The notes beneath the pieces were generated by a model. It was not told where the DNA came from, ran no database searches, and saw only the letters and a program-made list of their open reading frames with translations. Below are positions 1 to 12,049 of a stretch of 64,000 nt of DNA, piece by piece. The stretch lies in the NCBI RefSeq assembly GCF_009914755.1, contig NC_060932.1; one strand, given 5' to 3'. Origin of the DNA: the human T2T-CHM13v2.0 reference genome, Homo sapiens. Made by a program: the position numbers and the translations under genes. Every line of letters begins with the position of its first letter. The first letter of the stretch is position 1.

Positions 1-1065
1 GTGTCTGTGTTCCAATGCCCACTCCTGTCCTAGATGATTTTGAAGCACAGCCAGATTTAAGAGCCACTGTCTTTAATCCCCAAGGCAGTGTGGAAGAGAG
101 AAAAAAAAGCATAGGATTTGCAGTTACTAGTCCTAGCCCTCAGAAACATCTCTAAATAGCTCAGCACATGCTGAACACTCAAATAATGTTTCTAGAATAA
201 CGAACAGACAATGAATTAATGGAATTAAGTTCATTTCTCACCGTGAAGGCAGTTTTTAAAGTATCTTGGATAACATTTGTTCATCAAAGTATTAGAGATT
301 TTATTATGCAAATCATGCTCTTGAGTTGGGTGGGATTCAGGAAGAATATGGCATCACGCAGAGTAAGGTAGAGGGTGCTTGAAGATCAATTTCATCTTCA
401 TAAGGGATTCTCCTTGCCTTGGGCTCTGAGGAATGTTGGGATGCCTTAATCCCTTCAGCACAGGTCACTGTTGATTTAGAGAGTTGGGTGCAGCTACCAT
501 GGCCTGAGTTGTTTTCTCAGCTGAATCAGATTCAGACAGGGCTTCTTCTGAGACGGTGGAATGTTCTTCTAACAGGTGTGAGGAATAATTATCTCACTGT
601 GTCTCTCTGAGTTTCACTTACCTTTCCTTAACTCTGTTATTGCCACAGGCTGTAATGCCAGAAATGAGGGTTTTTGGAAAGTCGCTGCATGTCTGCTTGG
701 TTGTGAGTCTGGGCAGCTGATGAATGGGTTGCTGTTATGGTGTTTACTTTTCTGAATCAGGTGTTCCTTTGCAGAGGCAGGGGGCTTCCAGCCATTATGT
801 AAGCTTTCAGAAAATACCCAATGATCTTCTTAGAGAAAGAGCACCATTTAAATAGAAGCTACTAAAATCGTTAACACGGGGACCCAGAGAGAGTGTGCCC
901 ATGCCCTTTAGCCATATTTGTCTCTTTTGCACATAAATTCAAAATTCAAACGCTGACTCTTCTTGGGATTGCAAAACCCTGTAGCAGTAAGCAAAAAATT
1001 AGTGTGGAATGTATATGATATACAAAAAAGTTATATGAAAAGGTGATCTGAATATGTGTGTAGGT

Positions 1066-1094
1066 ACACACACACACACACACACACCACACAC
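1066..1094 (+). repeat. (CA)n microsatellite
   Basis: acacacacacacacacacacaccacacaca seen directly. Confidence 0.9.
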
Positions 1095-1462
1095 AAATGG
1101 AGATTATATCTTCAATTGAGCATCAAACACCATCTGGTTGCAATTGCTCAAAACAATTCTAGAACCCCTTAATTGTAGCCTTAGACATTTTTTAATATAA
1201 CATTTCAAACATATATGAAAATTTGAAACTTTATACGCACATATTTCAAGCTATATATATATATATTTGGATAATATTATATAATAAACCCCCACGTATC
1301 CATCACAGCTTCAACGCATTGCAAATCTTGTTTCATCTCTGCCTCCATTCCCCTTCATCAATTGGGTAATTTTGAAGCAAATTCCGGAAGTCATGTAACT
1401 TCATCCATGAATACTTTAGTATGAATCTCTAAGAAATTAGGACTCTTTTAAAAAGATATTGG

Positions 1463-1763
1463 GGCTGTCATGGTGGCTCACACCAGTAATCCCAGCACAT
1501 TGGGAGGCTGAGGCAGGAGGATCACCTGAGCCTATGAGTATGAGACCATCCTGGGCAATATAGTGAGGCCTCATCTCTATAAAAAAATTATTTTTAAAAA
1601 ATTAGCCAAGCATGGTGGTGCATGCCTGTAGTCCCAGCTATTCTGGAGGCTAAGCCTGCTTGAGCCTGGGAGGCAGAGGTTACAGTGAGTTGAAATTACA
1701 CCACTGCACTCCAGCCAGGGCAACAGAGCAAGACCCTGTTTCAAAAGAAAATTTTTAAAAAGT
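1463..1763 (+). mobile_element. Alu (AluJ-like)
   Basis: ggctgtcatggtggctcacaccagtaatcccagcac... dimer with A-rich linker and tail; 13-bp TSD aaaaagatattgg (1450-1462, 1764-1776). Confidence 0.93.
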
Positions 1764-2191
1764 AAAAAGATATTGGATTGGACTATATTAAATTGTCATT
1801 TTTTATAGGTTGAAATGGTATAATATCAGCAATTCCGTATGCTTCAACCTAATATATAACCACAATACCATTATCACATCTAAAATTAATGAAAATTCCT
1901 TAATTCTTAATTCTCTAATGTAATAAAAATTCAGCCAGTGCCCAAATTTTCCCAATGGTCTCATAAATGTTTTTCTCTCATTGGTTTGTTTGAATTGAGA
2001 TACAAACAACATCTGCATGTTGTATTTGGTTTATATTTTTCTTGTTTCTTTCAGTTTATAGGTTTCCCATTTCCTCCCTTTCCCCTTCAATTTATTTGTT
2101 GAAGAAACTGGTTGTTTTGTCTTGTAGAGTTTCTAATTTTTTGGATTTTGCTGATTGCCTCCCTGTGGTGTTGTTTAAAATGTTGCTATAT

Positions 2192-3012
2192 TCAGTTAGA
2201 CAGGAGGAAAACCTTCAGGAAAGCTATTGCGCAACATGGTGACTAGCGTTAATAACAATGTATTGTATAGAGTAGTTCCTCCTTATCCATGGAGAATAAG
2301 TTCCAATACTTCCAGGGGATGCCTGAAGCCACAATTAGTACAAAACCCTATATATATTGTTCTTCCTTTCTTTATTAAATAGAGAACTTTCATACTTTAT
2401 TTTAAAGAAGCACTTTAGGGCTTTTCTTTGGCATATCAGAATTGCCAGCATCACTACTCTTGCTTTGGTGCCATTATTAAGTAAAAGAAGGGTGACTTGA
2501 ATGTAAGCACCATGATACCTGGACAATTGATCTGAACACCAAGAGGGCTACAAAGTAACTAACAGGCCAATGGTGTCTACAGCATGGATACATAGGACAA
2601 TACATATATACAATACATACAATACATACATACATACATACATACATACACATCCCAGGCAAGACAAAGCAGGACAGCAAGATATTTCATCATGCTACTC
2701 AGAATGGCACACAATTTAAAACTTAAGAATTGTTTATTTCTGGAATTTTCCATTTAATATTTTTGGACTTTGGTTGACCACAGGTAACTGAGACTGCAAA
2801 AATGGAACCTGCAGGGAGGGAGGGACAATTGTATTTGAATGTTTAAAAAGTAGATTTTAAATGATCTCACCACGAAGAAAGATATCTGAGATCATGAATA
2901 TGTTAATTAGCTTGATTTAGCCATTCAAGAATATATACATATATCAAAATATCATGTTGTACAACACATACAAAATTTTGTCAATTTAAAAATTAATTAA
3001 TTAATTGAAAAA
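2192..3012 (+). mobile_element. L1MA-type 3' end split by a MER44 insertion
   Basis: tcagttagacaggagg..gctattgcgcaacatggtgactagcgttaataacaatgtattgtata resumes after 2833 with ..atatgttaattagcttgatttagccatt.. and an A-rich tail. Confidence 0.7.
2270..2831 (-). mobile_element. MER44/Tigger7 non-autonomous DNA transposon (TcMar-Tigger)
   Basis: Degenerate TIRs (gagtagttcctccttatcc ... ggagggacaattg), TA on both flanks, and a minus-strand remnant of the transposase start (atggcaccaaagcaagagtagtgatgctggcaattctgatatgccaaag); contains a (CATA)n tract at about 2600-2650. Confidence 0.8.
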
Positions 3013-4043
3013 AGTTTCTGTATTCTCTGTAAACTGATAGAACAATAGGCTTGACGGAATTCTGGTTTGCTTTTTCAGTAGGAAACTTCATAGGTGATGA
3101 GGTATTCTTTCCATCGTGTGGTTCTACATCAGGAACCACACATCAGGTTATATCTTGTTTTTTGTGATGTTAAGATTGGCTTAGGCCACCTGATCTATCC
3201 TTTATAAAGTTTCTCATCAGCTTTCTACCTAATGCTTTTAGCAGTTATTGATAATCATTGCCTACATCAATTATTTCATTAGGAATTACAAAATGGTGAT
3301 AGTCTAACATTTCTTCAACATTTATTACTTGGAATTCTTTTATAAAGAATAACTTTTCCCCACATCCTTTTTGGCTTTCCTGAAAAGTCTGAGTAAATGC
3401 CAAATGTTTTCCCTTTAATGATCAGTTCTCAGTTTCTCCCCTAGTATCCTCCAAAGGTGGCCCAAGGAGTGTTTCTTAAAGCGTCATGATGGATTCATGG
3501 CTCATTAGCATATTGGATGGGTTTTAACTCATTGCACTTATTATCTTGTATGTGTATACTCAGGGTTTCCCATCTTTGGCTAGTGGGATCCCCCGTTTGA
3601 CTCTTGACTCCTTTTCACACACTTCTAGTAGTCTTTGATAGTCCTGGCTTTCTGGTATGGTATGTTTTTCTAGGCTTATTATTATTTCTAGGCTTATTAT
3701 GTTTTTATAGGCTCATTCTTTTATTTTTCTGGGCTAGGACTTGGAATTACCGATTTCTCTAAGGAGCCCTGGTTCCTCTAACTGAAGTACTATACTTAGA
3801 GCCTACAGCCTGGGCACCTAGGCTGCTTGTTGCTACTGGGTTGGCTGTTGTTTATATCTCTTTTCACTGGACAGAGCTAGAAACTATTTTTAAAGAGACT
3901 ATGTGTTTGTATTGATATTATCAATTCAGATTTTTCATCCTTTTAAAACTTTATTCTTTTTTTTTAGATGCTAAATATCTTGGTTCCTAACAACATTATA
4001 AGTAAGAAACTAAGGTTGCTTTGTCTTATATATGTAACAGTAT

Positions 4044-4400
4044 TGTTAACAGTGGAGGGTGTCCAGGTTCTTGGCATCTTGAACACATAATTGGACAAAA
4101 TGCACAAACAAAGCAAGGAAAGAATGAAGGGATTTATTGAGAATGAAAGTACACTCCACAGTGTAAGAGCAGGCCCAAGCATAGGGGCTCAAAGGCCGCA
4201 TTACAGAATTTTGGGGAGTTTAAATATCCCTTAGAGGATTCCATTGGTTACTTTGGGTATGCCCTATGTAAATGGAGAGGATGAAGTAAAGTTACAAAGT
4301 CATTTACCACCTATGCCCTATGGAGAGGATGTTTCCTGTTATAGCTGAAGTGTGGATAGGCATTATGTTCCCTGCCTCCAGACTCTATTTTCCTGCCTCA
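4044..4400 (-). mobile_element. Solo ERV1 LTR (MER51A/B-like)
   Basis: Minus strand begins TGAGGCAGGAAAATAGAGTCTGGAGGCAGGGAACATA and ends ..CACCCTCCACTGTTAACA; internal AATAAA; 4-bp near-TSD gtat/gtgt. Confidence 0.8.
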
Positions 4401-4528
4401 GTGTGATTACTGAAAATGTTTTTAAAGATTTTTTGGGAGTTTTTTGTCTTTAGGGTATATCCCAATAGGGACATACAGTTAGATTACTGTGTTTTAAAGT
4501 AAATTGAAATAATTTATTGCTGGGTGGC

Positions 4529-4964
4529 TGTATGAGGGTTCTCCAGAGGAACAGAACTAATAGTCTATACATATATATATAAAGGGGAGTTTATTAAGTA
4601 TTAACTTACATGATCACAAGGTCCCACAATAGGCTGTCTGCAAGCTGAGGAGCAAGGAGAGCCCGTTTGAGTCCCAAAACAAAGAATTTGGAGTCTGATG
4701 TTTGACAGCAGGAAGCACCCAGCACGGGAGAAAGATGTAGGCTGGGAGGCTAGGCCAGTCTTGCCTTTTCACGTTTTTCTGCCTGATTTATATTCACTGG
4801 CAGCTGATTAGATGGTGCCCACCCAGATTAAGGGTGGGTCTGCCTTCCCCAGCCCACTGACTCAAATGTTAATCTCCTTTGGCAACACCCTCACAGACAC
4901 ACCCAGGATCAATACTTTGCATCCTTCAATCCAATCAAGTTGACACTCAGTATTAACCATCACA
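4529..4964 (-). mobile_element. Solo ERVL LTR MLT2A (MLT2A1/2)
   Basis: Minus strand begins TGTGATGGTTAATACTGAGTGTCAACTTGATTGGATTGAAGGATGC; TG..CA ends; 5-bp near-TSD gtggc/gtggt. Confidence 0.88.
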
Positions 4965-5889
4965 GTGGTTAAGCCATCAACTTGCTAGATAGGTAGGTTC
5001 ATTTGTTTCATTTTACTTTTGCATTTCAGGAAAAATTGCTGTTTCTTTCATTTCAGTTTAATTTTGTTTTATATTGGTCAAACATTTACATGGTTCTAAA
5101 GACAAATCTATAAAATAAGCTACATATAAGAAGTTTGGCTTTCATTATCTCTGCCCCCTTTCCTCTGATTCCTTTGTCATCCTATAGATAACCATTTTAT
5201 TAGTTTTTGGTTTATCTTTTTTTTTTCAAATAAGCAAACATATGCACACATACACAGAAATCTCTATATCCATATCTGTATCTATATATTTAGATGCTTT
5301 TCATTTTTAAGATAAAAGGCAGCATACTATACCTACTGTTCTGTCCCTTGACTTTCACTGAAGACTATATCCCAGATATCACTTCAAAGCACTACATAAA
5401 TTCCTCATTCCTTTTTATAGCTGCATAGCGCTCGATTGTGTGGATGTGTCCTGGTTTATTAAACCAGTCTCCTACTGATGGCCATTAGGGCTGTTCCCAA
5501 TCTTTTACTGTAACAAATAGTCTTGTCCATGTGTCTTTTCATTTTTTTCCAGTGTAGATTTAGGTAGATCCCTAAAAAGTGGTACAGCTGGGCCAAATGC
5601 TGAATGCAAATGTAATTTTGCTAGATATTGCCAAATTTTCCCCCAGAGGCCTTGTGCCATTTTGCATTCCCATCAGCAGCATATGAAAGTGCCTGTTTCC
5701 CCATAGCCCTGCCAGTAGGGTAGATTATCAAACTTAGGGATTTTTATCACTTTAGTAGGTAAGGAATTGTAGCTCACTTAGTTTTAGTGTGCCCTCTAAG
5801 AATGAAGTTGCCATCTTTTTATACAATTCTGGAAAAACTGCCATTTCTGCCCTATATACAATCTGTTCACATCTCTGGGCCTGTTCTTT

Positions 5890-6197
5890 GTTTGTTTTTT
5901 GTTTTTGTTTTTTTGAAACAGGGTTTTGCTCTGTCACCCAGGCTGAAGCACAGTGATACGATCAAGGTTCACTGCAGCCTTGATCTCCTAGTCTCAAGCA
6001 GTTTTTCTACCTCAGCCTCCCAAGTAGCTGGGACCACAGGTGAGCCACCATGCCCAGCTAATTAAAAACATTTTTTTCATAGAGATGGGGTTTTGCCATG
6101 TTGCCCATGCTGGTCTCCAACTCCTGGGCTGAAGCAATTCTCCCACCTTGGCCTCCGGAAGTGTTGGGATTACAGGAATGAGCCACCATGCCCAGCT
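5890..6197 (-). mobile_element. Alu (AluJ-like)
   Basis: Reverse Alu dimer with T-rich tail; 14-bp TSD tgggcctgttcttt (5876-5889, 6198-6211). Confidence 0.93.
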
Positions 6198-6334
6198 TGG
6201 GCCTGTTCTTTTGACCATATTCACTAGTTGTAAATCTTCATCCTTTGAAGGTGACTGAGATATTTTGAAAAGCAAAAAGTCTAAAAGCAAAAAGTTGAAA
6301 AGCAAAAACCTGAAGTTATTTGTTGAATAAAATT

Positions 6335-6685
6335 GCTGGGGTTTTGCTGTCAGATGGAACAGCTGGGACTGGTTGGGCATCTCTCTCGGTACAGTCCCAG
6401 GACTTCTCCATATGCTCTTTCTGCAAGGGCTAGTTTGGGCTTCCTCACAGCATGGTGGCCCAGGGCAGTCAGCATGTTTGCATAACTGCTCAGAACTCCA
6501 GTGCAAGCCCCAGTTAGCAAGGTAGAAGCTGCATTGCCTTTTATGTCCTAGTCTCGGAAATTATACAGTTTATTTCTCCTGTATTCTATTGGTTATAAAT
6601 GAGTCACAAGCCTGCCCAGATTTAAAAGGAGGGGAATCAGACTCCACTTCTTAATGGAGGAATGGCAAGTTTCTAGAAAAGCATG
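6335..6685 (-). mobile_element. Old MaLR LTR fragment (MLT1-type)
   Basis: gggcttcctcacagcatggtggcc.. and ..gagtcacaagcctgcccagattt..cagactccacttcttaatggagg motifs typical of old MLT1. Confidence 0.6.
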
Positions 6686-6999
6686 GTAGTTTTAATAACT
6701 ATAAAGGACCTGAGATTTTACCCTACAAGTTAGCCCGTCACAGTTTCTTGAATACTGGTAAGACACGAGACTCCAGGGTCAGAAACAAAGGACGTTACAA
6801 CTGTAGCATAGCAAACCTTTTGAGCATTAGCATATTTGCATCAGTCCCTGTTCCCCCAAGTCTCACTGGGGAGAAGCAAATGGGTCCAGATAGATTCCTG
6901 CACATGTTACAGGGAATTTCCATTCCTATTAATCTACTGAAACTCTTATCACAAAGAGTACCAATTACCTTGTAAATGGAGAGTCAGCGCCCATGTCCC

Positions 7000-8880
7000 T
7001 TTCTGCAGCTTTCAGCACCACTGACCTGGCCAATCTCCTCTGCCTACCCTTACTCCACATTTTGGAAATGGACCTTCTCCCTCAGTTTCCCTACACCACC
7101 GTTTCCCTTCCACCTCTGATTATGTCTTCTCTGCCTCGTCCTCTTTTTTAGTTCCTCTTTCATGATTTGTCCCATGCTCTACCCACGTCTCTTCACGCCC
7201 TTGCCCAGTTCTCTTCTCTTATCCAGCAGGCTCTCCCAGAAGACTCACCTGCTGCTGACGTTATCCTCCCAGTGGCTGCTCCCCGCCATATCTGCTCTTG
7301 ATTCCAGACCACATTTCCAACCATCACAAGGCATCCAAATACTGTCAGCCAAGTTCCTCAAATTCAACTTGCCCCAAACCAAATTAACCTCTTGTCCCTC
7401 ACACCTGCCCACCCTATGGTGCCATCCCTCTCTGTTCATCAGAATCATCTCTGGTTGTTCAGGTGTAAGACTTTGGGGTTATTTTTGTCTTATTCCTATC
7501 TTTCTCTGCACATCTAATCAGGCACCAACTTCTACAGTCTGTCTCTGAAATGAATGGTTGCAGTGAATTGTTCCTTTCTTTCCAGGCCCAACTGCTGCCC
7601 TAGTTCAGGCCCTCATTAATGCTCCCCTTCAAATCACCTACCACTGCCCTTCCTGAATGTGGGGGCATCTTGGTGGCTAGGCAGTCATTCCCTTCCTCCC
7701 CTATTGCTCCATGTGTGTCTCTTACAAAATCACAAGCTCAGTTGAATTTTGTGTATTTATCACACAGAAAATCCTTCCTTCCTTCCTTCCCACAAATATT
7801 CTTCAGCACCCACCCTAGAGTGAGTGCTGTTTTAGATGCTGGGGCTGGAGCAGTGGACAAGACCAAGATTCTTCTCTCAGAGCTTACATTTGGGTTTGAG
7901 CTAATGGTGATGGGTAGAGAAAGAAATAACCAAGGCAATTTCAGACATTGGTAAGCACCGTGAAGAAAACCAAGATAATAAAATAGAGAGTGACTGGAGA
8001 TGGGGAAGCCTAGCAGATTGGGTGGTAAGGCGAGGGGTCTTTGAGGAAGGAGCTAACTTGTGAGTGAAGAGCAGGAGCTGCTTTGTGAGCATTAGGGGAT
8101 AGAGTGCTCCAGGAGGGGCCCCCAGTAGTGCAAAGGCCCTGAGACAGGAATGGGCTTAATGTGATTGAGGCACAGAGTGAGGTGAAAGTAACTGGGGGAA
8201 ACTGGGAGAGGGATGTGGGGTAGGAGAGGATGTCTGTAAGGAGGTAGACTATTTAGGACCTTGTGAGTGATGGGCAGGAGTTTGGGCTTTATTCCAGTGT
8301 CAACGGAAGCAGGGATAGGATTGTGTGTCTGCACTGGAACCTCTAAACCTCTCGTTTACTTCTGACTTTTCTTCAGTTCATTTCTCACATTCCTGCCAAA
8401 GAGTCTTTCTGGAGGATGGATGTGATCGTGTCACTCTTGTGCCCAATAATATTTCATGACCACTATTTCCTACTAGACAAATGATGAAATTCTTGGCATG
8501 GCATTCCAGGCCTTCAGCCATCAGGTCTGAGTCTTCTATTCCTACCAATACCACACTATTGAGTCCTCACTAGGCCTGCCCTTTCCTTCCTTCTCTATGT
8601 ATTTAGTCTTGCAACTTCCTCCGATGGAACATTTTACCTTCACCCTTACTCATTGTACAAATCTAACCCAAAAGCCACCCCTCTGCAAAGCCTCCCTAGG
8701 CCCTCCCCAAGTGGAACGAATCTCTGTTTTCCCCATACGCCTTTTCTTCTCATTGCTATTTCCACTGCTGTATGGTCAGCCTTGTGCACATGTGCACAGG
8801 TCTGCCCTTCCCCAGATGAGTGTTTCTTGGAGTCAGGAATTGGGTCTTGCTCATTACCTGTCCCCTAAAAAGGCTTGCCA
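7000..8880. mobile_element. Cluster of degenerate L2 fragments in both orientations
   Basis: L2 hallmarks such as caaaggccctgagacaggaatgggcttaatgtgattgag and ttcctcaaattcaacttgccccaaaccaaatt; boundaries approximate. Confidence 0.6.
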
Positions 8881-9578
8881 TTACTGTTGTCTGAGACTGA
8901 CAAGTAGGAACACACTAACTTTGGTATCTGTCTTGCATTTGAAGAATGTGATAGGCTATTGCTTGGTTTCAAAACTGTGGGATTTGGGGCATGGCTCCAT
9001 GGACATCCAGCTGTGTGGTTGCATAGCTGCATAATTGTGTGACTGTTTAGCTGCATGATAATATGGAAGCATAGCAGTCTGGCCACAGTTTGCATGGTTT
9101 CATGGCTGGGTGGCTCCACAACTTTGACAGAAAACCTTCCCTTTGCATTTCTGTGTTACATCATGATTTCTACCAGCGTTCTGAAGCTGACTGTATTTTC
9201 TACAGGAGAGCCATTGGCATCTTGGGTGGGACTGCAGCAAGCGTTGCTAAACACTAAGCATCCCTTCACGCTCCTACCAAATGCAGTATGGTCCCCTTGT
9301 CATCAAGACAACCCAAAATGCCCCTGTTCCTTTACAAACTCCCCTTCTGTTAAAATCCCTAGATTATGAGCACAAGGGGAGTAAGGTGAAGGAAAAGCTA
9401 CAAAGAAATTATGTTCCATTCATTGGAAGAAGCTTGGAGCTGAAAAAGGATCCAAATAATCATTGAGTACAAACGCTGAGGTTTTTAGGAGGCAATCAAG
9501 ACCCAAGAGTTTCACAGCCTTGCCTGAAGTCCCATAGTTTGTCAGCAACAGAACAAAAACCAGAATGCATTTTCTTAC

Positions 9579-10229
9579 CTATAAGATGGAGATTTATGAC
9601 TTATTTGTTTTTGCATAACAAATACTTGTATATTTTACTTCTTCAGCCAGCCACTGTTCTAACTGTAAAATAAAACTAATTGAATACTTGTGGCAACCTC
9701 ATGGGGTCAGATTACCCCTGCTTGGCAGATGAGCCACACTGTTAGTAAGACACTTACCCTCTTTGTGCCACAGTTCTCCTATAAAATACACCCCCAGAGT
9801 GTTGAGGTGCACACTGAATTCTGTAATGTAATGTATGCTGAGGACTCGGCCAGTGCTTGATACATGCTAGCCATCATTTATTACAGCTGTGACTGTCTCT
9901 TCCCGTGTGACTGGGGCTCCTCCCAGGGGACTCCACTGCACCGAATTGTATAAGTGCAACTCCTTTCAGTTGTCCCAGGTCTAAGTATCATTCAAGCAGG
10001 TTCTCCATTGTTCGCTTTTTCTGAAATGACCACACACGGTCAGCGCAGGATGAGGACATGTCCTTGGGAGAGGAGGTCATCTTTGCATCATGTCTTTTAG
10101 GGATTCAGAATTTAATTTTCTGCCACTCCATGTCTTGCTTGATTCTTAGAGTCATTCACTTCTGTAACCTTTGTTCCTGCCAGTGTCTGTTCTTAGAATG
10201 CCGCAGACCCGCCTGCTGATTGTTTTGTT
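9579..10229 (-). ncRNA. BAALC-AS1: Candidate spliced antisense exons (likely BAALC-AS1 lncRNA): 10229-9758 and 9662-9579
   Basis: Minus strand: about 45-nt polypyrimidine tract + TAG at 10232-10230; donor AGG|GTAAGT at 9757; acceptor ttttattttacag at 9663; donor TAG|GTAAGA at 9578. The symbol rests on recall that an antisense lncRNA overlaps BAALC intron 1; the exon assignment is inference. Confidence 0.45.
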
Positions 10230-11149
10230 CTAGAGAGAGAACCAAGAGGGAAGAGAGACAGATAAAGAGAAGGAGAAGCTAAATTTCCATCATTGAAAAA
10301 GAGCCAAAGAGCCCTGTTTCCTCACACTTTTTTTTAAGCCTCAGGAATATTTTCTTTGTTTCCAGGGACCTCCTTGAATCCAGGCTTGAAGTGGAGCAGA
10401 TGTGTGGGAGGGTATGGGAGACAACGGGCCTGAGGGCAGAAACCGTTTTGTTTTTTTGTTTTTGGAATGGACAGTGACACTGGCAAGGAGATTGTCCCAC
10501 AGTCAGCATGCTGGGGAAAGAAAGATAGTGATTTTACTGTTGTCTTGAAAGATCTGATTTTATTTTTTTGAAAACCTCCAGAATGCTTAAATAAATATAT
10601 TTGAATGCATCTCTGGGTTGTTGAATTTGTTCAAACCCAATGAACACATTCACTATTAATGAGGTGCTTGTGCTCCTTTGAAAGCCTGGTAATAATCCTC
10701 TTAAAAGAAAATTGTACCTATTTAATATCTTTCTTTGTGTATAATGCTAAATACAGCATCTAAACTGGATTTATAATCCACAATGCCCAAAGTGACTTCA
10801 CTTGGCACAGTCAAAGGATACTTTAAGATGCTTTAAATCTAAATGGACTCTGAAAATACACATCTTCCAGGTTAATTCTAATGATTGGTTTGTAACACAA
10901 ATGGGGAACCTATTTCTAAGAATGATACCTGGGGTGAAATGGAACGCTTTGCCTTCATGAGTCTCTTAAGTCCACTATTATGACCTAAATGGTCCCATGA
11001 GTATTTATTTATTTTGCTACCTAAATTTTAATTTTCTTTGATGTGGATTTTGCCATTGGGATTATATAGAAATAGACATTATTGAAAGGCTTCAGATACT
11101 AAGATAGACCAAATATAAATGTCCTTTCAGACAGGGCAGTGGCCTTACC

Positions 11150-11800
11150 CTAAATGAATGAATGAATTTATTTATTCAACAATTATGTAGGGTGCGCTTT
11201 CAAAGTGCTAGACATAGTCCTAGGCACTCAGGCTAGATCTAGGAGGAGTCCTTGTGGAGTTTGCAGTCTAGAGCAGCGCTGTCCAGAGACTCAATGTTCT
11301 TTGCATTGTCCAATACAGCCTTATGACTATGGATCACTGGAAATGGAGCTAGTGCTGCTGAAGAACTGAATTTTTCACATGATTTAATGTTAATTTAAAT
11401 TAGCATAGCCCAGTAGAGCTGGCGGCTACCATATTGGACAGCACAGGCAGAAGAGGTAGATAGCATACGAACTCATACAATTAATTATTATTGTTGCAAG
11501 TGCTACAAAAGAGAAGTCAGATATGATGAAAAGTTGGTATGGGGAACATTTCTAGCAAAAGGAACAGCATGTGCAAAGGCCTTGAGGCAGGAAGAGTTTG
11601 GCATTTTCCAGCTATTGGAGGACAGCAATGTTATTGGAGCATCATGCAAGCCATGTGTGAGGGGAGGCAGTGCTGGGAGCAGGAAAGGCTGGATCACATG
11701 GGAGCATGTAGGCCACAATGAGGAGCTTGGACTTCATCCTAACAGCAATGAGAAGCCTTGGATGGGTTTTGAGCAGGAAAGTCCCTTGATCCAATTACAT
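11150..11800. mobile_element. L2 fragment split by MER3
   Basis: tttattcaacaattatgtag..gtgctagacatagtcctaggcact, later aaggaacagcatgtgcaaaggccttgaggcagg..ttggacttcatcct. Confidence 0.65.
11275..11447. mobile_element. MER3-like hAT-Charlie MITE
   Basis: TIRs cagcgctgtcca ... ttggacagcacag; internal ctgaagaactgaatttt..ggctaccatattggacagc. Confidence 0.7.
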
Positions 11801-12049
11801 TAAAGTTTTTTTAAAGATCTTCATCAAATATAGCTTCTGTTTTTAGCACAGATGCCAATATCTCAGATAAGTCTTAGCTGACCCTTAGATTAGGTGACAT
11901 TTCCCAGTTTTATTTTTTCATAGTTCCTGACTTCTCTTTCAGAGCACTTACATTTATAATTAACTAGTTGTGTAAACTAGTTTTTTATTTATTTCTCCTT
12001 CTACCTGTGTTGTCCAATGTGGTAACCACCAGCTCTACCGGGCTATATA

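Larger units (their letters stand above)
1180..5800 (-). mobile_element. Old fragmented L1 (L1MC/L1ME-type), interrupted by younger insertions
   Basis: T-rich degenerate L1-like sequence (e.g. ttgctagatattgccaaatttt, attttgcattcccatcagcagc) between the Alu, MER44 and LTR insertions; may be several fragments; boundaries approximate. Confidence 0.55.

Noticed and set aside
6266-6312. Three copies of a 15-bp aaaagcaaaaa unit; similar short duplications at 3667-3718 and 14729-14802
   Set aside because: Ordinary slippage duplications, too short and without spacers.
6700-6990. LTR-like fragment
   Set aside because: Family and boundaries could not be assigned with confidence.
10054-10063. Perfect p53 half-site GGACATGTCC
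   Set aside because: No adjacent second half-site.
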